A stretch of 64,000 nucleotides of DNA from Candidatus Woesebacteria bacterium (GCA_013374835.1 CP055307.1:10447-74446), one strand, 5' to 3'; numbered from the stretch's first letter, positions 10,418-19,729 are shown. Made by a program: numbers and translations. The notes: generated from the sequence alone by a model not told the origin.

Positions 10418-11705
10418 AACCGGCTTTATTTTTAAAAGGCCCGATGATTGCTAAATTTAGCCTTTCTTTGGAAAAAAAATTATTTGCTAGCTCTAAAAGT
10501 TCTTCTTTTTTTACCTTATCTATTTTCTCGAAAATTTCTTCAAGACTTTTTATTTTTCCAAGAAGAAGCTCCTCTTCTCCAAAAAATTGGTTTATTGCGC
10601 TTGTGTCCTCAAGGGCGAGCGATATCTTCCCTTTTATGTATTCTTTTGCTTTGGCAAGCTCTTTAGCCGTTATTTTGATTTTTTCATTTTTTAAATCTTC
10701 AAATACTTTAAGCATGATTTTGAGGGCGTCTTCAGCTTTGTTTGGTTCGACTCCAGCATATGCAGTAAAACGGCCAGTATCCGTATAGTGATCGCTATAA
10801 GTTTTTACAGCGTATGCGAGGCCTCTTTTTTCGCGAACCTCGGTAAACATCCTACTGCTCATGCCACCACCGAGAATAGCATTTAAGACTGCTTCAGCGT
10901 AGCGGTTTTTATGCCCAAGTCTTTCCCCTAGAAATCCAATCATTATATGCGCCTGATCCGTTTTTTTGTTTACCATTTTAATCTTCGGCGCCTTCTGAGA
11001 CGAAACAAACTTAACAGGAGGATTTTTTACTCCCCTTTTGATTGATCCGAAATATTTTTCTGAAAGCTTAAGTGCTTTGCTCTCTTCGATACTTCCCGAA
11101 AGAGTAATGAGCATATTTTGAGAAAAATAATATTTTTCGAGATAATTCTTGAAATCTTTGGCTGATATCCCATCTATTGCCTTTTTAGTGCCGATGATAT
11201 CACGGGCTAAGCTATTGCCCTCAAAGACTATATTTTCAAGAAATTCCTCCACTCTTCTTATCGGAAGATCCTCATACATATCCATTTCAGCCTTTATTAC
11301 TCCCTTTTCTCTTTCTATATCGGAAGGCTTAAGAAGTGGTGACAAAAGCATATCGGAGAGCACGTCAAAAGCTTTTTCAATTTTGTCCGCCCTTACTTTT
11401 ATATAAAAAAGGGTAATTTCTTTTCCTGTTGAAGCGTTAAATTCACCTCCTATTGAATCTATTGCTTCTGAAATTTTTTTAGCTGAATTGTATTTTTTAC
11501 CTCCTTTAAACACAATATGCTCCAAAAAATGGCTTATACCGGCTTTTGACTCATCTTCGTAGCGCGAGCCTACGTTTACCCACACTGTTAATGTTACTGA
11601 TTCTATCTTTTTAATAGATGTTGTGAGAATTTTTAAGTCATTAGAAAGAGTTGAGATATCCGGTTTCATGAAAGCTAGTATATCAGTATGAACTAAGATT
11701 AACAA
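10395..11705 (-). CDS. M16 family zinc metallopeptidase (pitrilysin/insulinase-like)
   Basis: The inverted zinc-binding motif HxxEH ('HFLEHIVFKG') lies near the N-terminus. The size and layout fit the M16 family. The gene overlaps the adenylate-kinase-like gene by 23 nt. Confidence 0.7.
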   Translation of the reverse strand: MLILVHTDILAFMKPDISTLSNDLKILTTSIKKIESVTLTVWVNVGSRYEDESKAGISHFLEHIVFKGGKKYNSAKKISEAIDSIGGEFNASTGKEITLFYIKVRADKIEKAFDVLSDMLLSPLLKPSDIEREKGVIKAEMDMYEDLPIRRVEEFLENIVFEGNSLARDIIGTKKAIDGISAKDFKNYLEKYYFSQNMLITLSGSIEESKALKLSEKYFGSIKRGVKNPPVKFVSSQKAPKIKMVNKKTDQAHIMIGFLGERLGHKNRYAEAVLNAILGGGMSSRMFTEVREKRGLAYAVKTYSDHYTDTGRFTAYAGVEPNKAEDALKIMLKVFEDLKNEKIKITAKELAKAKEYIKGKISLALEDTSAINQFFGEEELLLGKIKSLEEIFEKIDKVKKEELLELANNFFSKERLNLAIIGPFKNKAGFDRIISN

Positions 11706-11731
11706 TAAAATCTAAAAGACTGCGACAATGC

Positions 11732-13378
11732 TTACACGCTATAGTGATCTATCCAGATGACATAATCTAGGCCATCAACGCGGCTGTCGGCATTAAAATC
11801 GCCTTGAGAGGGGCCAGAAGAGTTTGAACGACCATAATTATCAACCCATATCACATAATCAAGCCCATCGACACGTCCGTCTCCGTTGGCATCACCTGGT
11901 TTAACTGTGGGTGAGGTTGCTTTTGGACTCGCAGATGGCGTAGGAGAAGCAGTTGCAGGGGTGGGTGAAGGTGTTGGAGTTGGAACAACCCCGCCACACG
12001 TTGAATCTGTACATCTTATTAACCTTATTCTGCCATAACTAAAATTGGGATAACCTGTTTCGTATGTTCCAAGACCCGCGCTGGCAGCGGCCTGATATAC
12101 CACCCGCGGTTCTCCACCTGGAAAAGAATTGTTATTAAAAGTCGCAATATAATCAATCATTACTGAATCTACTGCGATAGGATCAGTTGAAATAAAAATC
12201 GAACTTGGCCACGGTTTTATTCCATGAGCTGAATCTGGACTTTGACTCGGACCCCCGCTTTTTAGCCCGTACATTGCGTCTCCTACTACAAGAATTGTCT
12301 TATTTTTTATCCATGGTTGTGAATTTAAAACTACCAAAGAATAGCTACCATTATACGGCGAGGCTAAACCATAGTGAAAAGAAGACGGATTATTAGTACT
12401 GCCAAGATGATTTTTAAGGCTAAGAGTAACTCTCCCACCCTCGTGAGTACTAAGAAGTGGCATATTAATTAAATATTTTGCATCGCTTAAAATACAAGTA
12501 AGTCTAGCCGAACCATTTGGTCCAGTCCAAATATCGCTTCCACAAAAACCACCACCCGGATTCATCTGTACGTTTGGAAAACGCGACCTAATCCCAGCTT
12601 GAAACGGAGATTGAATAGGTCTTGAAGCATCGTAAAGAATTATATTTGACTGGCTAACTCCGACTTCGTTGACAAGCTGCCTTAGGAGAGAGTTAACAAC
12701 CTGATAGTTGGGGTTACGATTCGTGATCACTCCACTATTATTAAAATTAAGCTTTATTGCAATTTTTTCACCTTGAGTATAATCGGATCCTCCATTGAAA
12801 TTCTTAAAAATCTGTGACCACGAGGCCTTAACAGTTGATTGTCCGGTAAGCCTTTTAATCGCTGTATCCATCATCTCATCTGAAACAGAAGCGTTTACTC
12901 TTGCGCTTAAATCACTGCTCCATCCAGTTGCCGCCCTTGTATCTCTTATCCAAACAACAGTCGGCGCAGTCTGCCCTATGGACGTCTGAACTAGCTTTCT
13001 CTCCATCTGAAGCACGTAAACGCTATGCAACTTAGAGACCAAAAACAGTGCTGTGAGACCAAGAACAACCCCTCTTGCCAACAATTTTCCTCGTCTTTTT
13101 AGGCGATATGAAAGTACAGTAGATACAAACAATCCCGAAATCCAGCTTAAAAAAACAACGGAATTAGCAGCTGCTACTTTTTGACAAGGATATGTTAATC
13201 GACTCGGTTTCCTTCCAGACCTAATAATTAACCATAGCATACTCCCCAAACCAACAAGCAAAAATAACAAAGAGGGTGTATGCTTTTTTTTGTGTTGCAA
13301 AAGCCTTGCCTCTTCGTGAACCCTATAAAAGATATAACTGATAAATTTGTTTATATGCTTATTTAACTTTTTTTTCAT
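11732..13378 (-). CDS. membrane-anchored or secreted protein with PT-rich linker and C-terminal tandem dockerin-like module
   Basis: N-terminal TM/signal segment. A 'PTPTPSPTPATASPTPSASPKATSPTV' linker is followed by 'KPGDANGDGRVDGLDYVIWVDNYG…QGDFNADSRVDGLDYVIWIDHY'. Confidence 0.6.
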   Translation of the reverse strand: MKKKLNKHINKFISYIFYRVHEEARLLQHKKKHTPSLLFLLVGLGSMLWLIIRSGRKPSRLTYPCQKVAAANSVVFLSWISGLFVSTVLSYRLKRRGKLLARGVVLGLTALFLVSKLHSVYVLQMERKLVQTSIGQTAPTVVWIRDTRAATGWSSDLSARVNASVSDEMMDTAIKRLTGQSTVKASWSQIFKNFNGGSDYTQGEKIAIKLNFNNSGVITNRNPNYQVVNSLLRQLVNEVGVSQSNIILYDASRPIQSPFQAGIRSRFPNVQMNPGGGFCGSDIWTGPNGSARLTCILSDAKYLINMPLLSTHEGGRVTLSLKNHLGSTNNPSSFHYGLASPYNGSYSLVVLNSQPWIKNKTILVVGDAMYGLKSGGPSQSPDSAHGIKPWPSSIFISTDPIAVDSVMIDYIATFNNNSFPGGEPRVVYQAAASAGLGTYETGYPNFSYGRIRLIRCTDSTCGGVVPTPTPSPTPATASPTPSASPKATSPTVKPGDANGDGRVDGLDYVIWVDNYGRSNSSGPSQGDFNADSRVDGLDYVIWIDHYSV

Positions 13379-15408
13379 CCCCCATAATTATCCACCCAAA
13401 TAACATAATCAAGCCCATCGACTCTATGGTCATTATTAAAATCACCCAGAGAAACACTCGCCCCTGAGTTCGTACCATAATTATCCACCCAAATAACATA
13501 ATCAAGCCCATCGACACGTCCGTCTCCGTTGGCATCACCTGGTTTACCAGATGGAGTTGCGCTGGGCGAACCAATTGGCGGCTGTATTCCTGGCTCAAAT
13601 CCCGGAAAAGGTATTGGAGTTGGTATAGGTAAGGATGAACAGTTATCGGTTGTTACAGTACCGCTTGTTCCTGTCTCGATAATTTTGCCAGTATTTTTAC
13701 ATAATGTTATACCTACTGCATTACGCAGATAGATATCCGCATACGGATGATTGTGTCCAGAATTATTGGAAACCAAAGAGTTATGAGCACGAATTACAAA
13801 ACCATTTCGCGCTAGACCGTAACCCGTATAATATGAATGGTTGTTAATAATTTTCATATTACTTGCTGAATCTGTACAAATTCCACCCAAACCATTGCTA
13901 CTGGGATTAACCCATTGGTTGTCATACATAACGTTGTTGCGAGCTTCGTTTCCATTACCGTTAAACCAGATAGCACAGGCACCTTGATGGATAATTGTAT
14001 TGCCCTCCACAAGATTGTTATATCCATTAAGCGTAACACCCATGTCCTCTCCGTCTGCAATATAGTTGCCGATAACTTTTACATTAGGGCCGCCAAAAAA
14101 CGATAGCTGGTCTGACCAGCCGCGAAGCGCCACATTGCCTTTAATTAAACTGTCGTGCATTCCCGGTTCAGCATGAACGGCGGTATAGTTAGTTCGCCTT
14201 GTTAAAACCTCATAGCGCGTACCATTTGGCGGAGTTACTCTTTTACCTGTTAAATCCCACCAATCATGTACATTAATACGAGTAGAAGTAAAATTTCCTC
14301 CACCCCAAAGAGCGCCTAAATAAACACCGTAGGCGGTATATGGAGTACCATCTGGCGGTGCAGAACGCGGAAGTCTATCGCTGTCGTTAAGCCATTCTTC
14401 AACCGTAATTTTTGTTTCCGAGTCAACTTTTAAAACCACGCCAAAAGCACCATCGCTTGTCTTAATAATTTCTCCTTTTAAAATTCCGCTGGAAACAAAC
14501 TTTGCGGTGGGATCGGTAAGAGTGTTTTTGGTATAAGTTGCTGAACCCTGTTCGCGTACAGGCATTACTCTAATATTTACCACTACATCAGTCGACCTTC
14601 GCTCTTGCTCTGGAAAATTACCAAAACGAGCATTGGTATCAGTAAGAGAATTACTGGTATAAGTAACGCTATTTCCCTGTCCTGTGTGTGGACCGGCTTT
14701 AACCAACCACCAGTAACCATCAAACCAATTATCTTCAATAGTTATATTTCGAGCATTATAAACTCTATCCTGCTCAGAATTAAAAATAATTCCCTCGTGT
14801 AGCCAAAGAAATTTATTTCTACGAAAAACTAAATTATTAGCGTCGAAATTAACAAGTACTGCCCTCCCCATAACAACCCCAGGTGAATGAAAAAGAGAGT
14901 CTTCAATTACTACATCTTGTGCGTTGGTAAGCACAATTATATTCATGTCTCTTGTATTCCAAAAACGGCACCTGCTTATTCTAAAGGGACGCGGAGCCCC
15001 AGAACCATTAATATCAATCTGCGTTGACCCGCCGCTAGTCGTGTCAAAACCAAGATCTTCAATAGCTACATTAGAAACATTCGCTGTACTTTCAACAGTT
15101 CTACCTGTTGCCACTAGGACAGACTGGTACATTCCTGCGCCTTTAAAGGTTACATTTGATTTAGTTAAAGGCAGTGCTCTGCTGCCAACTTTGTAACGCC
15201 CTGGTGGAAAATAAACCACACCCCCACCCGCCGGTAAGGCATTAAATGCCGCATGGATTGCTCCTGTATCATCTGCTGTGCCGTTACCAAGGGCACCATA
15301 GTCTTTTACATTGACGGTAGTTTGAGCTTTAGTAGAGGAGAAAAAAATGAAAAAAAATGAAATACTGATAATTTGAAAAATAAAAAATAAATAAATTTTT
15401 TTAAACAT
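13375..15408 (-). CDS. right-handed parallel beta-helix (pectate-lyase superfamily) secreted protein with C-terminal tandem dockerin-like module
   Basis: The N-terminal 'VNVKDYGALGNGTADDTGAIHAAFNA…GGVVYFPPGRYKV' is the classic pectate-lyase_3 / GH28-like start. The C-terminus reads 'KPGDANGDGRVDGLDYVIWVDNYG…LGDFNNDHRVDGLDYVIWVDNY'. Confidence 0.7.
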   Translation of the reverse strand: MFKKIYLFFIFQIISISFFFIFFSSTKAQTTVNVKDYGALGNGTADDTGAIHAAFNALPAGGGVVYFPPGRYKVGSRALPLTKSNVTFKGAGMYQSVLVATGRTVESTANVSNVAIEDLGFDTTSGGSTQIDINGSGAPRPFRISRCRFWNTRDMNIIVLTNAQDVVIEDSLFHSPGVVMGRAVLVNFDANNLVFRRNKFLWLHEGIIFNSEQDRVYNARNITIEDNWFDGYWWLVKAGPHTGQGNSVTYTSNSLTDTNARFGNFPEQERRSTDVVVNIRVMPVREQGSATYTKNTLTDPTAKFVSSGILKGEIIKTSDGAFGVVLKVDSETKITVEEWLNDSDRLPRSAPPDGTPYTAYGVYLGALWGGGNFTSTRINVHDWWDLTGKRVTPPNGTRYEVLTRRTNYTAVHAEPGMHDSLIKGNVALRGWSDQLSFFGGPNVKVIGNYIADGEDMGVTLNGYNNLVEGNTIIHQGACAIWFNGNGNEARNNVMYDNQWVNPSSNGLGGICTDSASNMKIINNHSYYTGYGLARNGFVIRAHNSLVSNNSGHNHPYADIYLRNAVGITLCKNTGKIIETGTSGTVTTDNCSSLPIPTPIPFPGFEPGIQPPIGSPSATPSGKPGDANGDGRVDGLDYVIWVDNYGTNSGASVSLGDFNNDHRVDGLDYVIWVDNYGG

Positions 15409-15439
15409 TTACATATTATTTATATTTTTATAATACTAT

Positions 15440-15620
15440 ATTTTTATAATACATAAAAAAATACACACATTAAAGAGAGAGAGCTTTTTTAAGGATATCC
15501 TCGTCTTTTTTAGGGCAAGACGAACTGACTCGATACCAAATTGGAGATTATCGCAAAAGAAAGTGCTACCAAAAATGCGGCTATGTATGAAGGTGTGATA
15601 AATAATTTTTGCCTATCCCA
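15440..15620 (-). pseudogene. degenerate relic of the C-terminal part of an adenylate-kinase-like gene, paralogous to 9320..10417
   Basis: The minus-strand translation '…TFFCDNLQFGIESVRLALKKDEDILKKALSL*' aligns with '…FYLLCDNPSCKGERMIAKEGDELGIEPIRPRLEKDEDILRKAFSL' of the intact gene. About 50 nt are near-identical between 9583-9640 and 15490-15545. There is no start codon, and an internal deletion is present. Confidence 0.55.
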
Positions 15621-15703
15621 TGAAAAAACTCAATAAGATGGAGGTAATTTGTTTTTTAATTTTCTGATTCATATAAAATTCATATAAAAAGATTATAAAT
15701 TAT

Positions 15704-17389
15704 TTACATTTTTTCCGGGGCTTTTATTCCCAGAAGCAAAAGGCCGTTTTTGAGGACAGTACCGGTTGCAACAGTTATGGCAAGGCGGAATTGACTCATG
15801 ACTGATGACTTATCACTAATATCTAATATTCTGTGTTTAGAATAGAAAGTATTGTATTTTTGGGCTAAATTGAATAAGTAACTACAAAGAATGTTTGGTG
15901 AGTAATTTTTGGCGGCATTAACTAAAACGTCTTGATATTGGGACAAAATACGAAGTAAAGAAAGTTCTTCTTTGTTAAATTGCATCTTCCAAGCACCAAG
16001 ATCCAAAGATTTTTTATTTGGGATTTGAGATTTATTTATTATGCTTTGTGTTCGGGCATAAGTGTACTGAAGATATGGTCCTGAGTTTCCTTTAAGATTA
16101 AATATGCTATTCCAATCAAAATTTATATCACTCTCAGGGTGATGCATAAGATCAAAATATTTTATAGCTCCGATGCCAACTTTTTTAATAATCTCCTTTT
16201 TTTCTTCTGAATCGATATCTTTTGCCACTTTTGCTTTTTCAAACAACTCTGCCGCCTTATCCATCGCTTTTTCGAGAATATCTTCAAGTTTTATAGTAGT
16301 TCCTTTTCTTGTCGACATTTTTTTGCCGCCTATTAAGACAAGACCGTGAGCTATGTGTACAAAACTCGTCTTTTTTGCCCATCCTAAAAGTTCTGCTGCC
16401 TTAAAAACTTGCCTAAAGTGAAGCTTTTGTTCGCTTCCAACTTCATAGATAATGAGCGAGGGGTTCCATTTTTTGAGGCGAAAGTCTATAGCTGCAAGAT
16501 CGCGCGTAAGATATGTTGTTGTACCGTCGGATTTTATAAGCATTGCTGGCGGTAAATCTTTACCGAGATCTATTATAAGTGCACCCCGGCTTTTCTTAGC
16601 TAATTTCTTTGCTTTTGCTAGGCTTATTATTTTTGCCATTTTATCTTCATAGAAGCTTTCGCCGTAGGTATAGTCTATTTTTATATCAAGAAGATCGTAA
16701 ATTTTTTGATATTCGGCGAGTGATATTTTGTTTACTATCTCCCAAATTTGGCGGGCTTTTTTGTCTTTATCTTCCAAACGCTTGAACCAATCTTTAGCTT
16801 TTTCTTTTAGAGCGAGGTTTTCTTTTGCTCTTTTGGAATAATCAACATAAAGCTCTTCAAGTTCATTAAGAGTAATACTATCCGGATTAAAACTCTTTTC
16901 TTCAATAGCTGAAAGGATTATGCCAAACTGTGTTCCCCAATCCCCCAGATGATTGTCCCCAACTGTATCAAAACCTAAAAAAGTATATAAATTGTATACA
17001 GCTTGACCTATTACAGTACTTCTTAAGTGCCCTATTGAAAAGCGTTTTGCAACATTTGGGGACGAATAATCTATAACTACACATTTACCCTTTCCAATTT
17101 CATCTTTTCCGTAATTGTCTTTTTGCTTTAGTATTTTTTCTAGATTATCAATAAGAGCTTCTTTTGAAAGCCAAAAATTGATAAAACCTTCTTTAATTTC
17201 AATTTTTGATACTATTTGTGAAAGGCTTTTATCTTTTGTGAGATTTTTTTTAATTTCTTCAGGATTACCCTTTTTTAACCCTATGTTTGTACTGAAATCA
17301 CCATAAGCTGGATTCGCCGGTATTTCTAATTCCACTTTATCTACTTTCGCTGCTTTTTTCAAAGATGATTCGATAAGTTTTTTATACAT
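15704..17389 (-). CDS. argS: arginine--tRNA ligase
   Basis: Class-I HIGH-type motif 'PNVAKRFSIGHLRS' and 'KMSTRKG' (KMSKS-like) are present, with a DALR-type C-terminal anticodon-binding region. The length is 561 aa. Confidence 0.85.
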   Translation of the reverse strand: MYKKLIESSLKKAAKVDKVELEIPANPAYGDFSTNIGLKKGNPEEIKKNLTKDKSLSQIVSKIEIKEGFINFWLSKEALIDNLEKILKQKDNYGKDEIGKGKCVVIDYSSPNVAKRFSIGHLRSTVIGQAVYNLYTFLGFDTVGDNHLGDWGTQFGIILSAIEEKSFNPDSITLNELEELYVDYSKRAKENLALKEKAKDWFKRLEDKDKKARQIWEIVNKISLAEYQKIYDLLDIKIDYTYGESFYEDKMAKIISLAKAKKLAKKSRGALIIDLGKDLPPAMLIKSDGTTTYLTRDLAAIDFRLKKWNPSLIIYEVGSEQKLHFRQVFKAAELLGWAKKTSFVHIAHGLVLIGGKKMSTRKGTTIKLEDILEKAMDKAAELFEKAKVAKDIDSEEKKEIIKKVGIGAIKYFDLMHHPESDINFDWNSIFNLKGNSGPYLQYTYARTQSIINKSQIPNKKSLDLGAWKMQFNKEELSLLRILSQYQDVLVNAAKNYSPNILCSYLFNLAQKYNTFYSKHRILDISDKSSVMSQFRLAITVATGTVLKNGLLLLGIKAPEKM

Positions 17390-17419
17390 TTGTGCTAATT
17401 TTAATATTTTTGCTACTAT

Positions 17420-17851
17420 TTGTATATGGACGAAGAAGAACTTCCAAAACCGGATAACGCTGAAGGTAAAGACGACCCAAATCTTTTAATACTCGAGCAA
17501 CTTATAAAAAAGGCAGGCAGTATAAGCGATCCACTAAAATCCGCAGTTAAAGCCAATGCTCTTTCTTACCTTAAGGCAATTTATACAAGTTCACTGACGA
17601 TTAAAGATGACGACGATTACCAGAAAACTCTTGATATGTATAAAAATTTTGTAGAATCTTTAAAAAATTCCGAAATATATTTAGAGATTAAGAATATCGA
17701 TGAAGAAGAACTGCAGGAACTTACTCCTGTTATTTCGGTTATTGAAGATGCTCTAAAAATAGCGAATGATGAAAGGATAGTAACTCCTAAAAATAGTCAT
17801 TTCGCTTCTGGTTCAACTACTAACGATCCTAGTTTACCTTCTCAAGAGTAA
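17420..17851 (+). CDS. hypothetical acidic protein
   Basis: Complete ORF with an ATG start, and the only plus-strand gene in a minus-strand block. No recognisable motifs. Confidence 0.35.
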   Translation: MYMDEEELPKPDNAEGKDDPNLLILEQLIKKAGSISDPLKSAVKANALSYLKAIYTSSLTIKDDDDYQKTLDMYKNFVESLKNSEIYLEIKNIDEEELQELTPVISVIEDALKIANDERIVTPKNSHFASGSTTNDPSLPSQE

Positions 17852-18659
17852 AACCGTTTGTAGCTATCACAACATCCCCTTCTTCTTTGGTTACAAATGT
17901 TCTTATATTTCTAGCGGAGAGCATGTCTAAAACTTCTTTATGGGGATGTCCCCAAGGGTTTCTACCTGCCGATATTACTGCTATCTGAGGATTGGTTGCA
18001 TCAAGAAGGCTTTCGGTAAGACCATTTTTACTTCCATGATGAGGTATTTTGATATATTCCAAGTTTGGCAGCCTGTGTGCTTTTAGTAAATCTTCAATTG
18101 CGTCCGGACCAATATCTCCTGTAAATAATCCCTCAAAATCAGCGTATTTTAAAAGAAGAACCACCGAATTGTTATTATTTCCTTTCTGAGGATATTCTTC
18201 TAAAGGCCAGAGTATATCTAAATATATCAATCCTATTTTTAACTTTTTTGTCCTTTGAGTGCTTATGAGCTTGACATTTTCTTTTTCTATTAAATTTTTT
18301 AGCACTCCGAATGATTGATTGCCAGATTCAGCCTCGTTTGATAAAAAATATAAAACTTTAAAATTGTTGAACACTTCTAAAAGGCCATGATAGTGATCCT
18401 CTTCCGGGTGCGTTAGAACAACAAGTTCTATTTTTCTGTCCCAAAACGGAATATTCTTAGAAAGGCAATTTGCGACTTTGTTTCCCGGTCCGCCATCAAT
18501 CAATATTTGGGTATTCCTCTTTGTGATCAGAAACGCGTCTCCCTGCCCGACGTTGCATGCTATAATTCTCAAATTTTTCTCCGGAAGCGTAAAAACAGCT
18601 ATCCAAAAAAGCGCCGCTATAAGCGTAAGCAATGAAAGGGTTAATATAGTTTTTCTCAT
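17829..18659 (-). CDS. comEC: ComEC/Rec2 C-terminal metallo-beta-lactamase-fold domain protein (split comEC, 3' part)
   Basis: MBL motif 'THPEEDHYHG' follows an N-terminal TM helix. The gene lies directly downstream of the competence-domain ORF with an ATGA overlap. Confidence 0.7.
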   Translation of the reverse strand: MRKTILTLSLLTLIAALFWIAVFTLPEKNLRIIACNVGQGDAFLITKRNTQILIDGGPGNKVANCLSKNIPFWDRKIELVVLTHPEEDHYHGLLEVFNNFKVLYFLSNEAESGNQSFGVLKNLIEKENVKLISTQRTKKLKIGLIYLDILWPLEEYPQKGNNNNSVVLLLKYADFEGLFTGDIGPDAIEDLLKAHRLPNLEYIKIPHHGSKNGLTESLLDATNPQIAVISAGRNPWGHPHKEVLDMLSARNIRTFVTKEEGDVVIATNGFTLEKVN

Positions 18660-19720
18660 CAGCTAAAAAAATTTATTACAAGCAAAAACCAGCTTGAAAG
18701 CGGGTATATCAAATAAAGTATGGGGAGCGAGAGACTAGTTGATATTATGCCAAGCAAAGAAGAGATCATTCCGAGAATTGTTATGGGGGCTATTGTCCAA
18801 AGGATGAGTGTGTTTATCAGAGGAGAAATGGGATTAAAACTTCCAAAGGATATGAAAAGAATCGGAGCAACGCCGATTTGTGCTGCTAGGGATGTTGAGA
18901 AGTCTTGCCTAAAGAATTTTGGTAAAAAGTATATCAATCTATTAATTTTGTTTTCAAAAAGTATCAATGACAATGTTGCCATAAAGGAAAGGATAAAACC
19001 CAGATCCCAAATCCAAAGAGGATTTATTATAAGCATTGTAAAAGCAGAAATAAAAAGCGCTCTTTTGGCAAAATAGATTTTTCCTAAACCCTGAGCAATA
19101 AAGGCTACAGAACCCATTATACCTGCACGAACAAGAGGAGCTTCCAAGCCGCAAAATAACACATAAAGCCAGATGACTGCGATTGAAACCAAGACTGCTT
19201 TTTTTCTTTTAGTTAAGAGTATAAGTGAATTAAGGGTAAAGCCTCCTACTAAAGAAACATTCATACCTGAAGCGACGACAACATGTGCCGTACCTGTTGA
19301 TTTTAAGTCTTGCCAAAAATCCTCAAAGATATTCTTTTTAGAACCAATGACTACCCCAGAAACTAATGCTGAATGAGGATAAGGAAGCGTGCTATTAATG
19401 TTACTAAGTATTTTTTCCCTTAGTGGATAAAAAAATCCTTTTGATTTTTCCAGACTTAAAAGAGCCGGGTCTTTAAGCTTTCGCCCATCTACTACCCCCT
19501 CTACCACCAACCTATCTCCATAGCTTATTTCTGGATATGGATCGAAGTAAATTTTAATGCCTTTTAGTGTAATTGATTGATAATTTTCTCCCCGAAACGG
19601 CTCTTGGGTAACTCGAGACCTTATCCTTATCCTATCTCCATCTTGATATTTCGGAATGGCTATCATATAGCGAAAGAAAAATAAAGCAAATAGAAGAAGC
19701 CCCAAAAAATATTTAATCAT
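18659..19720 (-). CDS. comEC: ComEC/Rec2 N-terminal membrane (DUF4131 + competence domain) protein (split comEC, 5' part)
   Basis: Polytopic membrane protein downstream of comEA. The start of the MBL ORF overlaps this gene's stop by 1 nt. Confidence 0.65.
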   Translation of the reverse strand: MIKYFLGLLLFALFFFRYMIAIPKYQDGDRIRIRSRVTQEPFRGENYQSITLKGIKIYFDPYPEISYGDRLVVEGVVDGRKLKDPALLSLEKSKGFFYPLREKILSNINSTLPYPHSALVSGVVIGSKKNIFEDFWQDLKSTGTAHVVVASGMNVSLVGGFTLNSLILLTKRKKAVLVSIAVIWLYVLFCGLEAPLVRAGIMGSVAFIAQGLGKIYFAKRALFISAFTMLIINPLWIWDLGFILSFMATLSLILFENKINRLIYFLPKFFRQDFSTSLAAQIGVAPILFISFGSFNPISPLINTLILWTIAPITILGMISSLLGIISTSLSLPILYLIYPLSSWFLLVINFFS

Positions 19721-19729
19721 TTAGACTAA

